DNA from: Octopus sinensis
Taxonomy: Eukaryota
Reading direction: 5' to 3'
Length of the DNA stretch: 64,000 nt
Assembly: GCF_006345805.1 (NCBI RefSeq)
Contig: NW_021836152.1
Coordinates: 62,001-126,000 of the forward strand
The first letter of the stretch is position 1. Every line of letters begins with the position of its first letter. Positions 37,634 through 50,583 of the stretch are shown piece after piece. The position numbers and the translations under genes are program-made. The notes under the pieces are model-generated. The model was not told the DNA's origin and ran no database searches. It saw nothing but the letters and a program-made list of their open reading frames with translations.

Positions 37634-38198
37634 AAAAATGAGGTAATCAGATCGGATGGTTCATATTTATAGATATTTATTTATATATTACATTTTTTAC
37701 ATATATATCATATCATTCAGATCATATCATTCGGATTAGCGCTTTCTCCCAATCGAGTGGGCTTTTCAAATCAATTCCTTGTGGGTAATTTGAACATTTT
37801 ATAGTTTCGTAGTAGTGGTGGGGAGGAATAAAACAGTATAAAAGGGTGAGGATGAAGTGAGACAGAGAAAACATGTGTGTATGTGTATGTATGTGTGTGT
37901 GTGTGTATGTGTGTGTGTGTGTGCGCGTTTGTATCTGATAGGGAAGAAGAATTATTGTTATTCCGTTGGCCTACTGGACCCCCTCTGGTTTTCTAAGAAT
38001 TTGGCTCTGCTCTCTGTCCAGTCTCGTGTCACTGAGTGTGTGTTGTGCGTAGGCTGGCCAGACAAATGTCATTTTATATATATATATACACTTATCTTTA
38101 TATATACCTATCTTATCTACCTATGTATCTCATCAATCTATCTATCTTATCTATCTATTTATCTATCTATCTGTATGTCTATATGTATATATGTATAA

Positions 38199-38291
<93 letters not shown>

Positions 38292-38573
38292 TAACGGGTC
38301 TTGGGTTAGTGCGAACAAGGATATATATATATATATATATATAATCAGTAGACCCATGCAGTTGCCGAGTGGTACCCGCGCGAGCGGAAAGACCACCCGG
38401 AAGACCTCCACGACGGTGAAGTTACGATTTCAGGATGACGATTGGGATCACGTGGATGAGAAAGGCGCGATCCAGAGAGGAATTAACAGCGTGCTGTGAC
38501 CAGCGATGTCAAGTGGACGCCTGACGGACTGGTCGGTCAAGTGATCAACTGAAGTGATATATATATATATATA

Positions 38574-39629
38574 TTTATTTGCGGTTGAAGCTTTGGCTGT
38601 TATTTCTAGTGGGTGAATGGCCTATTATGGCCGTTCCTTGATTGTTGATGTTGAACTTAAAAATGGTCTTTGACTATTTAATTTTTTCCCACTAGGCCGC
38701 TGGTGGCAAAAAAATTCTACAACATTTTTTTTGCCACCCTATATTGATTAATTATGAATTTTCTGGTTAATTCCGTAATGGAATCGACGGCTTATATTTA
38801 TTTGCTGCCGATAAATTTGGCGCGAGTGCGATGATTTGAAAATTTTAGGTCAGATATTACCTTGGCAGGGTCGGAAATGCCTCGTGAAAATATCTGTTCC
38901 GACTTGGGCTATTTCTTACTGAAGAATCTGAGGGCCTATGGAAGATTGGCTTGATTTAATTTAATCAGGTTAGTTTACCATTGAACAGCAGATGAAACGG
39001 TGCATCGTATAAGAAATTACAGGGTAAATGTTTTTTAAATTTTCTCCTGGTTTACGGAATTAATTTTTATTTGCGGTTGAAGCTTTGGCTGTTATTTCTA
39101 GTGGGTGAATGGCCTATTATGGCCGTTCCTTGATTGTTGATGTTGAACTTAAAAATGGTCTTTGACTATTTAATTTTTTCCCACTAGGCCGCTGGTGGCA
39201 AAAAAATTCTACAAAATTTTTTTTGCCACCCTATATTGATTAATTATGAATTTTCTGGTTAATTCCGTAATGGAATCGACGGCTTATATTTATTTGCTGC
39301 CGATAAATTTGGCGCGTGTGCGATGATTTGAAAATTTTAGGTCAGATATTACCTTGGCAGGGTCGGAAATGCCTCGTGAAAATATCTGTTCCGACTTGGG
39401 CTATTTCTTACTGAAGAATCTGAGGGCCTATGGAAGATTGGCTTGATTTAATTTAATCAGGTTAGTTTACCATTAAACAGCAGATGAAACGGTGCATCGT
39501 ATAAGAAATTACAGGGTAAATGTTTTTTAAATTTTCTCCTGGTTTACGGAATTAATTTTTATTTGCGGTTGAAGCTTTGGCTGTTATTTCTAGTGGGTGA
39601 ATGGCCTATTATTGCCGTTCCTTGATTGT

Positions 39630-39633
<4 letters not shown>
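38574..39633. repeat. Tandem repeat, 492-bp unit, ~2.15 copies, inserted in (AT)n in the right arm only
   Basis: GCGGTTGAAGC starts at 38581, 39073 and 39565. The copies are nearly identical. Confidence 0.95.
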
Positions 39634-39723
<90 letters not shown>

Positions 39724-39929
39724 CTTGTAGCGGAGAATTTTTTGTAGAATTTTTGCTACCCTTATATTTAATAATATATATATATACGCCCACATATACA
39801 TATGTATGTATAATATACTTATATGTATATATAATATAAAGCTGAGGTTGATGATGATGATGATGATGATTGTTTACCACCACATTGCAGTACTGCGTCG
39901 ATGTCATTGCATTAAAATTCTGATTCATT

Positions 39930-42900
39930 GTTAGTTAGTTAGTTAGTTAGTTAATTTGGCTCAAAAGCAAATAGCAAGGCCATGTAGGGGGACATGGAGT
40001 TAAGTACAGGGTGGTGTTCATGTAAAGAGTTCAGGCCACTTGAGGTCCAGGGAGGCTTTGAACAAAGCGGTCCTTTACCCAGGTCCTTTACCTGATCGGT
40101 CCTCTCCAGCAGCAGACGACCCGGCTCGAAATCAAGTTGAGTTGCAGGAGTAGAGCCGACAGGCAGATGACAGCACTTTGACACGTTCAGACACAGGTCC
40201 CAATCGTTAGACCACTTCCAAATTTGGTGGAGGCATCGACGAAGATCCTCTATACTACCGCGAGGAGCGACCAGTTTGATATCGTCGGCAAATAGAAGGG
40301 TGTGTTGCGTGAGGTCGTCGGGCAAGTCATTTATGAAGACTAAGAACAACAAGGGCCCAAGCACTGAACCTTGAGGCACGCCACTGCTCGCACTGGAGAC
40401 GTCGGACCGCGAACCATTAACTTGGACTTGGAAGGAGCGATCTGAGAGGAAGGCACCAACCCATCGTACAATATCCGGATGGAAACTATATGCTTAAAGC
40501 TTGACAAGTAGTAGGCGGTGGTTTACCGAGTCAAAAGCTTTGGCAAAGTCCAATAAAACGATGTCAACAGCATCACTATCATCGAGGATGCGCGTCACCA
40601 ATTCTTCCATTACTAGTAAGTTGGTCAAGCATGATCTCTTCGGCACGAAGCCGTGTTGGGAATCAGTGATCGAGGCTGTGTTTAGGAGGTGGAGCATCAT
40701 ACTTTTCTTAAGGATGGTTTCGAACATCTTGATGATTATTGATGTAAGGGAAACCGGTCGGTAGTTAAGCGGGTCTTCGCGGCTCCCTTTCTTGAAAATT
40801 GGGCAGATTATCGCTGTTCTCCAGTCTGCAGGTATAACACCCGTCGCCAATGACATATTGAATAGTCGTGTTAAGGGCTCGCAGATGACCGGAGCCAACG
40901 CTTTGATAACCCGTGGGTGTATGCCGTCAGGGCCGTGACCCTTGTTGACATCGAGGCCTTGAATAACACGTTTGACTTGGTCCCGCGTGATGATCAATCG
41001 AAGCATTGGAGGTACCGATCTATCAAATGGAGGGGGTTCACGACCATCATCTTGTTTGAAAATAGTTGAAAAAGCCTCGGCAAATAATTGACTCTGTTGA
41101 TAAGGGTCCTCAATCGATACGCCTGTTGAGTCTACCAACGTTGCAATCTGGTTGTTCAAGCGGGAATTCCGCTGGACATGGGCAAAGAAGGTTTTTGGAT
41201 TGCTACTGGCATTTGCCGCGATTTTGTATTCATAACTGAAGCGTTCTTTCTTTTCAATTTTCACGGCTCGGTCTCGTTGAGTTTTGTACACCTCAAAAGC
41301 TGCAGTCGAATCCAGATTTTTGAATTCAGCCCAAGCAATATCTCTGAGTCGACGTTCTCGTTTAACCTTCTTCGTCACCCAGGGCTTGTGTTTCTTCCTC
41401 TTGGGAAGTCCAACGGGAACTGCCTGGTCAGTCAAACAGATTACATATGCTTTGAGGGATGACCATAGTTCGTCAACTGAGGACAACGTCATCAGGGAAC
41501 GCCAGTCCAGAAGCGCGGAAGCCTCGGTTAGAATTTCAAGATTAATTGCAGAGAAGACTCTACGTGGCAGCGAAGTAATCGTGGGCGTGGAAAAAGTTGT
41601 GTGCATGACGAACTTCAGGACCGCATGATCACTCTTGGCAAGAGGGGCGCACACAGATACGTCTGACACTGATCTTGGATAGCGGGAGAATACCAGATCT
41701 AGCATAGATGGCTGCTGCCCAGACCGATGCCTTGTCGGATATTCAACATGTTGCGATAGAAAACAATCTTCAGCCACGTCAAGAAGGGCCTGGCCGAACC
41801 GGGAAGATGTTGTACAAATTGATGCGGGCCAATCGATCGTGGGAGCGTTGAAGTCGCCTAGTACCAAGCAGTCATGCGAAGCTGAAACGAATCTTATCGC
41901 TTCGAGTAGATGAGCATCGTCCTGGGGGTCGGCTAGAGGCGGCCTGTAGACAGCCAACACGGGCAGGCAAAACTCAGATAGGCTCAGCTTGCAATAGACG
42001 GCATCGAATTTGGTTGTAGGTTGAGCATTTGTGGGTAGAATACCGCAGGACGGTTTGTGCTCCGACTTAACATACACAGCAACACCTCCACCTCGCCTTT
42101 TTCCTCTGTCACATCTGAAAAGGACGTAGCCCTGCAGGTGGATCTCTGAGTCCTTTACTGCTGGAGTCAGCCAAGTCTCGGTGATAGCTATCACATCAGG
42201 GGAGTCGCGTAGGGCCAGTGTAAATAGTTCACTGAACTTTGGGAATAAGGAGCACGAGTTGGTGTAGACGATGCTGAGCTGTGAAGTCTGAGGGGCGGGA
42301 GTTGGGGAACAAGCAGAATAAAGGGCATCAGAGATAGCATCGTTGACGGGGGTATCAACTTCACTTCGATTTGCCCTCACATCACTTTCCCTGTCAGCAC
42401 TACAGCATGGGACCAGAGGTAGGACTTGATTATCTGTCCATCTTGGATTCGTAAACCCTTCTCTCCCATTTGTTTCCTCATCTTTAGCTCGGATATCAGG
42501 TTCCTCCGGCGAATTCTCTCTCTTAGTGAGTATTCCTCGCGAAAACCCATATTGGGGTCCTCCCAGGCATGCGTCTGAGCTCTGTTCAGAAAGACTGAAG
42601 CCTCCCGATCAGAAGAAAAGATTACCCTTATTGGGCGTGGTCTAGTATCTGCGGTTGGGTTCGCTTGGAATCTTCCTAGCCGAGCGACCTTAAGAACACT
42701 GACATTTTCGTTCACAGAGAACAATTTTCCAACCAAAACGGAAACAAAATTAATGTCATCTTTTAGGCGGTTTATGCCTGTATCACAGGTGGATTCAGCC
42801 TTGCCATATATTATTGCCGATCTTGAGTGGGCAAAAAGTTCTCTACTATGAGCTGCGGTATTCGATTCTTCATTGGAGGATTTCGAAAGGGTGGTTTCAT

Positions 42901-44100
42901 AGCCATCGGACTTATGTCGGCCTGTGGGGTCGATCGGAATGGATTTAGTGGTCATAATTTTCCCGCCTGGTTTGGAACTGCACTGCCTCTTCTTCGGTTT
43001 GGGGGAGCACCACTCCCCAGATGAACCCACATCGAGATCGTTCAGAATTGGTTGAGCAATGGCATTAATGGGAAGGACAAGTGAAGGAGAATCCAAACAG
43101 ATTTTATCGTGATCAGGTTTCATAGCCAAATCTGCCCCTCTGGAGTTTTGACTACGTTTCTTCTTTTGGGGAGAACAACGGTCTTCAGGTGGGTTTGAGT
43201 CTACGCTCCTCGAACTAGGTTGGGGAACCTCCGGGACCGAAAAGGCAGATGAGGAAGAATCCGCACAGGAACGATCATGTGCAGGAACGACCGCCGGTTC
43301 CTTCGCCTTCTTTGGCCGCTTCGATTTTGTTCCCTTCGGTTTGGACGTCTCCAGGGAAGAAATCAAGGGTGACCCTGCGTCAACAGGAGACCGTTTATCG
43401 TGGTCAGGTTTCATAGCTAAATCCGCCCCACTGGAGTTTTGACTACGTTTCTTCTTTTGGGGAGAACAACGGTCTTCAGGTGGGTTTGAGTCTACGCTCC
43501 TCAAATTAGGTTGGGGAACCTCCGGGACCGAAAAGGCAGATGAGGAAGAATCCGCACGGGAACGATCATGTGCAGAAACGACCGCCGGTTCCTTCGCCTT
43601 CTTTGGCCGCCTCGATTTTGTTCCCTTCGGTTTGGACGTCTCCAGGGAAGAAATCAAGGGTGACTCTGCGTCAACAGGAGACTGTTTATTCAGTAAGAGA
43701 GCAACAACAGACTTTAAGTGCTCAACCTCTTGTTTGAGCAACAGCAACTGTTCGTTGAGCTGACTATTGGTAGGACCATCATCTTGATGAGAAGCCCTAC
43801 TTGCAGATCTCAGTTTCGATGCGTAGGTAGCTGACATGATGGATGGTTGACTAAAAACAATCTTCTATGGGCTCTAGGAGTAGTAGTCGGGACACACAAG
43901 ACAGTGGCTGGTTGTTTAAGTATGTTCTAAATGTTAAGTCAAGTGAAGTAAACAACAAAGCTTTGGTCCTAAAATAGACAACAATCCTCTTCTCAAAATA
44001 TTTCACACAACTTTCTCTCTGTAAGAAATTAGCATTGTTTACCTTTTTGTATAGTGGTGACACAATAAATCACACACGCGTACACATTCATAATACTTAC
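39930..44100 (-). mobile_element. LINE A mirror copy: intact ORF1 (42377-43837), ORF2 5' part (40494-42380), RT 3' part with a ~530-bp internal deletion
   Basis: Reverse-complement identity to 140-3745 and 7820-8925. Confidence 0.92.
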
Positions 44101-45070
44101 ATACATACATGCATACATACATACACACATACATACATACATACATACATACATACATACATACATACATACATACATACATACATCAAGCTTACCTGCA
44201 TACATACGTCCATCCATCCACATATAAATGCAACAAGCTTACATGTCTACATAGATACCAGTGGTTGAGGCAGGGGTGTTGCCCTAGTTGCCCGGGTAAC
44301 ACCCTTTCTGGCACATCCGACCCAAAAAAATTGCCGGGACCAAGATTTTTCAGAGCATAACTGTTTTATATGTTTCTGGTCTGCTACAACATAGAATACA
44401 TGAAAATGTGTCCATTTCTTACAAATTGCGATTCCCGACTAACATAGTAATTTTTTGGAAACAAAAAAGATCCTGGGTCCCCACTCAATACACACAGACG
44501 CATTCAAACAATCTTAAGCAAACACATGTATGCATATTTATATATTGTTTTAGAAGCTTCGAAGAAACTATAAGCTTATTCCCAAGCACCCATCTCTGCA
44601 TGCACTGTAACTACTAGAAACTGCAGTGAGCTTATTAAAATGAAATACGTAATTCATGTCCTCTAAAAACACACACATACACCCAAACAGAAAGGCATAC
44701 AATGACATATAAACAAAGACACACATGTTATGGTTGCAACTTGATTCCGAAATATGCCACATTTGTTTACTCAACGAAGCAGGGACGTGTATTTTTTAGT
44801 CCTGTTAGGGATCTAAACACTTTTGCGCAATCAAAGACATACTAACGAAGGAGACTTCCTGCTGCAGTTTTTGAGAGACTTACCATCCTCCCTGACTCAT
44901 ACCTTTGTTCTCTCATGAAATTTTCAACTTTGTGTTTTGCCGATCGCAGGCTATGTGCCTTGTCGTTCGAAGGCTGTGCGTTTTGGCTGCGTCTGAGGAA
45001 AAATAGAAGGAGAGAACCTTTGCACATGGCAATTCCGACTCCCTCCCCAAACAGCCAAGTACATACATAA

Positions 45071-45119
<49 letters not shown>

Positions 45120-45237
45120 TATACATATATACATACATGCATGCATACATATCTTATATAAAATTTCTGAGAGATATATAAACAGTAGCAGTACGGAATT
45201 GTAAACTATATTTGCCAACTGAATGTGGCGTGCTATA

Positions 45238-45725
45238 CAGGACAGTGCTACTGTTCTTTATAGCCCCAGGAAGACATCTCCTCCAGCTGAATAACGACAC
45301 ACATTCTGTGCCCGATTAGAATATGCGAAGGAGGCCATCACTCCCATCTGAAGCCAAACCACTATATACTTTTCTAGCAACTCACTGTCGATGATCTCGT
45401 AAAAGAGAGAGATATGTTAGTTTAAATTTAATATAACATATACAGATTTAATATAACATATCTCTCTCTTTTACGAGATTAGCGACTGTGAGTCGCTAGA
45501 AAGGTATATAATAATTTGCGAGTGGAATGAACTTTCATCACTTGCTAGTGATTAACACATGCTCGGTGGGAGGGGAGGTAATCACCCAGAAACTTGCATC
45601 CGTGTGTATGACGTATGGTTAGACATGGGAGCGATGAACCCCCTTGCAAATACTAATCGGACACAGACTGTGTGTCATTAGCCAACTGGAGGAGATGTCT
45701 TCCAGGTGCTATAAGCACTGTCCTG
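45238..45725. mobile_element. Tc1/mariner-type MITE (imperfect ~65-bp TIRs, TA flanks, internal palindrome)
   Basis: TA|CAGGACAGTGCT...AGCACTGTCCTG|TA, with GGAAGACATCTCCTCCAG in both TIRs. Rearranged mirror at 61205-61662. Confidence 0.7.
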
Positions 45726-45789
45726 TATATATGTGTATATATATGTATACAAACACGCACAAACACATATACATATGTAATTTGTATAT

Positions 45790-46660
45790 GTAGAGGAATA
45801 GCTGCATAGAAAGGGTCACGTAAGTTAGGGACGGGCTTGGGAAGATTGGAAAAGGGGTCCACAAAAAGCAACACCAAGTTGCAAGAAAATAAACAACGCA
45901 ACATTTATATCAAAGAAAGGAAGATGAGCAGAGTAAGAAGTTTATCATTGTTTTAAGACATCAGAAGTGTGGCATATTCTGAATGGCAAGATTGTTTGGG
46001 AGAGAAATGAAAGACATTATTGATGAAGATTCTGTACGGAATAATAATCATACTCTTGTTATTCATGAAATGTAAAGAAAGAAAAGCAGACGTGTTATAA
46101 TGAGAATTTGTTGGATGAAAAGAATAGAAGGGGGATAAAGAGTGTATCGGAAGTAAACCCAGTTGAGGGGGCCATCCATCCAAATTTACAGCCGTACAGT
46201 GGAGAATGCGATTAAAGATATGAAGGTAGGGAAGGTATCTGATACGAAATACTCATGAGAGTGGGATGTGGGTTAGTCAGCCCCTAAGTAATTCAACTTG
46301 AATAGGAGATTCTTATACCCAGTGACTGATGTGGTAATACCATTTTCAACTGCTATAAAAGGCAAAGGTAATGTATTAAAGTAAGAATGCTTGAGGTGTT
46401 AAACTGTTGGGGCCAGTTATGAAGGTTACAAAAAGAATTACATCTCATTTGCTTAGAAAAAGAAAATTAATGTAGACGTGATTTTTGTTTTTATGGTGAG
46501 AATAAATACAACTGATGCTGTCTTCTCAGTGAGACAAGAGCAGAAATATTCTGCCCTATTCCTTGTTTATTTAGAGAAGATACATGTTGTTTCTCAGCTC
46601 TGTGATCCGTCTGGTTCAAGAATAAAGGTCACAAGAACTAGAGAGTGACAGGAATACTAG
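45790..46660 (+). pseudogene. Highly degenerate RTE-type reverse transcriptase fragment
   Basis: Broken frames recall V..AIKDMKVGK, YKGKG, TTDAVFSVRQ.Q. Mirror ~60265-61135. Confidence 0.55.
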
Positions 46661-47265
46661 CCTCACTCGAACCCGTACATACATTACATCACAGCTAGAA
46701 AGCTATGTATTTGAAATCCTACAAAAAGAGATACATCATTCCTCCTTTTCTCCCCAATATTCTAAGTCTCTGTCCTAACACTACGCTCTGTGTCACACTC
46801 ACCTAGGAGACATGTGTATGTGTGCCTGAGGGTACATATGTATATCTTTGTGTGATCTACTGAATTCAAAGTTTCTAACACAATAGCCAGTTTCAATAAT
46901 TGGATGGGTGTGGGACATATTTGTAAGTATTGAAATTAGCCTTTCAAATTTCAGATGCACTTGACTTAACACGGTTATATGAAAAGACTTTTTAAGAGAG
47001 GAACGTTTCTTGGAAATTTAAATAAAAGAAAACTGGTTGTATACATACATACATACACATAGTCATATATGTATACATATGTACGTGTGTATATATATAT
47101 ATGTGTGTGTGTGTATGTGTTCGTGTATGTGTGTGTGTTTGTGTATGTGCGTGTGTATTGTATGTATGCATATACAAAAATTCATTGCATACGTATATAT
47201 TTATTTATATATTTATATATATATGCATACATACATATATAATACACACAAACACACACACACAC

Positions 47266-47334
<69 letters not shown>

Positions 47335-47529
47335 AGGTAAGTTTACGTATAATATAGCAAATAGCAAAACAGTAAAAAAAAAGGGTATCGGGTCATATTA
47401 TTACATGAGAGGCCAACATGGGGTGGGTTTAAGTGCCTTCGAAACAAAACTGGATATCCTCCTGTCAAAATACCAGGTCCTTGCCACTGAAGTACAGACG
47501 CTTGGGAGAGGGCAGATATAGATAGGTAG

Positions 47530-47870
47530 CTCGACCCCAGTACGCAACTGCTGCTTAATATATCGACCCTGAAAGGATGAAAGGCAAAGTCAACCTCGGC
47601 GTAATTTGAACTCAGAACGCAAAGACAGACGAAATACCTATTTCTTTACTACCCACACGGGGCTAAACACAGTGGAGACAAACATGGACAGAGAGAAGGA
47701 TCAAATCGATTACATCGACCCCAGTGCGCAACTGGTACTTATTTAATCTACCCCGAAAGGGTTAAAGCAAAATCGTCCTCGGCCAAATTTGAACTCAGAA
47801 CGCAAAGACAGACGAAATAACGCTAATCATTTAGTCCGGCGTGTTAACGTTTCTGCCAGCTCACAGCCTT
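47530..47870. mobile_element. Two tandem SINE copies
   Basis: TCGACCCCAGT.CGCAACTG...GAAAGG...TTTGAACTCAGAACGCAAAGACAGACGAAATA occurs twice. Related to 12441-12510; mirror ~59665-60000. Confidence 0.7.
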
Positions 47871-48208
47871 TGGAGCTTCAATAAATTAAATGACAAATGT
47901 GTTCATCTTAATGAGATATCTGTGCGTCATTGGAATGTAGTGATAGACAGTTGTACAACACGAGTACTACTCTGAGTCTCTGTGACTAGAACCTGGCAGA
48001 CCGAATGTAGATGAACAATGATTATGTGAAATAGCAGGTTTTACATCAGAACGCACCTATCCTACAAAGTACTGTGACTACAGAGAGCGTTGCGTCCTTG
48101 AGCAAGACACTTTATTTCACGTTGCTTCAGTCCATTAAAATGGCAAACATACATACATACATACACACATACATACATACATACATATATACATATATAC
48201 ATATATAC

Positions 48209-48341
<133 letters not shown>

Positions 48342-48353
48342 AATGTATATATG

Positions 48354-48398
<45 letters not shown>

Positions 48399-48404
<6 letters not shown>

Positions 48405-48520
48405 TATATAGAAGGAGCTTCTACAGGACTAGAACTGTTTCATTCAAGAGAAATCTTCAGGAAGATTTCTCTTGAATGAAACAGTTCTAGTCCTGTAGAA
48501 GCTCCTTCTATATAATAAAT
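48399..48520. repeat. Perfect DNA hairpin, ~60-bp arms, 2-nt loop (AG)
   Basis: ...GAAGGAGCTTCTACAGGACTAGAACTGTTTCATTCAAGAGAAATCTTC-AG-GAAGATTTCTCTTGAATGAAACAGTTCTAGTCCTGTAGAAGCTCCTTC... Mirror ~59011-59126 has loop CT. Confidence 0.95.
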
Positions 48521-48589
48521 TAATTTTACTCTACTATGTATTGAGTACCTTATTTACTGTGGTTAACCCCGAATCAACCCGGGACCTAC

Positions 48590-48621
<32 letters not shown>

Positions 48622-49497
48622 ATCACGTGACCGACGAGGCAACCAGATGCTGCTACACATCGCTTGTCACAATTCACTTCGCTTTGTTTTAGCCTCCAAA
48701 TGACGCCACCCCGCTGGCTAAGCGAGCAGGCTTATATATATATATATATATACAAAGACATACATATATGTATCTGAATATAATACATGCATACATACTA
48801 AGAGCCAACGTTACGACAGAAAACGTCGCCACTGATAAGAGGAAGAATTAGTTGTGGAATGTCCCAGTGATAATAATTGTGGTCATCAGATGACCATCGG
48901 GTGTTAACATAAACCTTAAGATCAGCGAAAAACAAAATACCTTCACTGAACATTTAAGAAACCTAGTCATGCATACGTATATAATACATACATATATAAT
49001 ACACACACGTACATACATATATATGATCTAAGTTTACGTACAATATATCAAAGAACGAGACAGACATAGAACAGGTATCGGCTCAAATTACTACAAAGGA
49101 CTACAAAGTACCACAAAGGACTGAAAGACCAATTTGGGTTGCGTTTAGGTGGATTTGAAACAAAACTAGATCTCTTATCCATGTACAAGGATGTAGCGAT
49201 TGTTACAGAGGTTAGCGAAAGGACAGGGATAAACAGATAGTTAGTTAGTTAGTTAAGTTAGTTAGTTAGTTTAGCTAGTCAGTTAGATAGATAGATAGAC
49301 ATATACACACACACACACATACAAAAAGACGCGAGCCCGCGCGCAAGCATAAGTATATATTGACGAATACAACAGCCTTCTTGTGATATTGCCAGGGTAA
49401 CGTAAATATACGTATCTATCTATCTCTCCCTCTCTCTCTCAAATTATATATGTATATATATATAATGTATGTATATATGTATGACTCTATGTATATA

Positions 49498-49581
<84 letters not shown>

Positions 49582-49683
49582 CATATATATTTTCATATTT
49601 TCACAGTTCAAGAACAGTAACAGCCAGAAAATCAGCAGCCACAACAACAACAACAACAACAGCCACTCCTGGTTCCCAGCACA

Positions 49684-50583
49684 ATGGCTGACCCTAACAT
49701 CGGTCAAGCACAACAACAACAACAACAGCCACAGCAACAAGAACAACAACAGCCACTCCTCAACTCTAGCTTACTAGATGATTCACTAAATGCCAGTATC
49801 TTTTCACCGCTCTCACGGCAACCACCACAATTATCATCATCATCATCACCACCGCTGCCACCATCGTCTTCTATCACCAAAAATACCAACAGAAAACCAA
49901 ATAAGAAACCACTGCCCTCTTCCCCCACATCACCACCTCAATACTACTGCAGTAACAAAAACTTAAAGAAACATAGGAAGCAGAATGCGCCCCCCACGGC
50001 ACAAACAAGAAATCCCCAAATATGCCGCTATTCACTGCGCCAGAGACTCTGCACAAATAGTGACTGCATCTTCACGCATCTACCCGGCACTAGACGCACT
50101 ACCGGCCAAGGCCAAAGCACACATCCCACAATAACATCAACACCACCAAATAGTAAATCGAAATTCAAAACACACACAACTCGGAGTCCCAAAATCTGCC
50201 GGTATTCCCAACGTGAGAGAACATGTCTGCTGACTGACTGTCCCTTCACTCATCTTCCAGGGACCCGACGCACAAACAGAAACGGGGCTTCAAGCCAACA
50301 CACAAACCTGAATAAAAATAAAAATAGAAACACACCATGCTGCAGTAATGCTGGTCCAGTCTTTTCAGGAAGACACAAAAACAACAACAACAAAAGTGGA
50401 AACTACAACCCTATCCAACAGTGCAACCACACCTCCAGCCAAAAGCTGCTCCCTAAGCAGGAAAATTCTTTTTTAGCCATGTTGAACATGGCAAAAGAGA
50501 TACACAAAAACATTCTAACCATCACTCAACACCATCCTATGCTATTACCCCAGTGCACCAATTCCCCACATTGCTGCCACTAA
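49684..50583 (+). CDS. LINE B ORF1 C-terminal part: poly-Q, Ser/Pro-rich, two C-x8-C-x4-C-x3-H fingers
   Basis: CRYSLRQRLCTNSDCIFTH and CRYSQRERTCLLTDCPFTH. Confidence 0.75.
   Translation: MADPNIGQAQQQQQQPQQQEQQQPLLNSSLLDDSLNASIFSPLSRQPPQLSSSSSPPLPPSSSITKNTNRKPNKKPLPSSPTSPPQYYCSNKNLKKHRKQNAPPTAQTRNPQICRYSLRQRLCTNSDCIFTHLPGTRRTTGQGQSTHPTITSTPPNSKSKFKTHTTRSPKICRYSQRERTCLLTDCPFTHLPGTRRTNRNGASSQHTNLNKNKNRNTPCCSNAGPVFSGRHKNNNNKSGNYNPIQQCNHTSSQKLLPKQENSFLAMLNMAKEIHKNILTITQHHPMLLPQCTNSPHCCH

Larger units (their letters stand above)
23642..44230 (-). repeat. Right (mirrored) arm of inverted repeat 1
   Basis: Reverse complement of 1-20136, with additional insertions (33630-37598, 38574-39633) and deletions. 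Confidence 0.95.

Noticed and set aside
38574-39633. 492-bp tandem unit as a mitochondrial rRNA insertion, retrozyme or CRISPR-like array
   Set aside because: No rRNA motifs recognised, no complete hammerhead core on either strand, and no repeat-spacer alternation.
44257-44325. Small GC-rich hairpin GGGTGTTGCCC...GGGTAACACCC
   Set aside because: Probably a subterminal structure of an unclassified repeat. No boundaries or partner end identified.
49570-49610. TTTTCACAG as a splice acceptor recruiting LINE B ORF1 into a host transcript
   Set aside because: The homologous, longer copy reads TTTTCACTG within continuous ORF1 sequence, so this is simply the 5' truncation point next to (AT)n.
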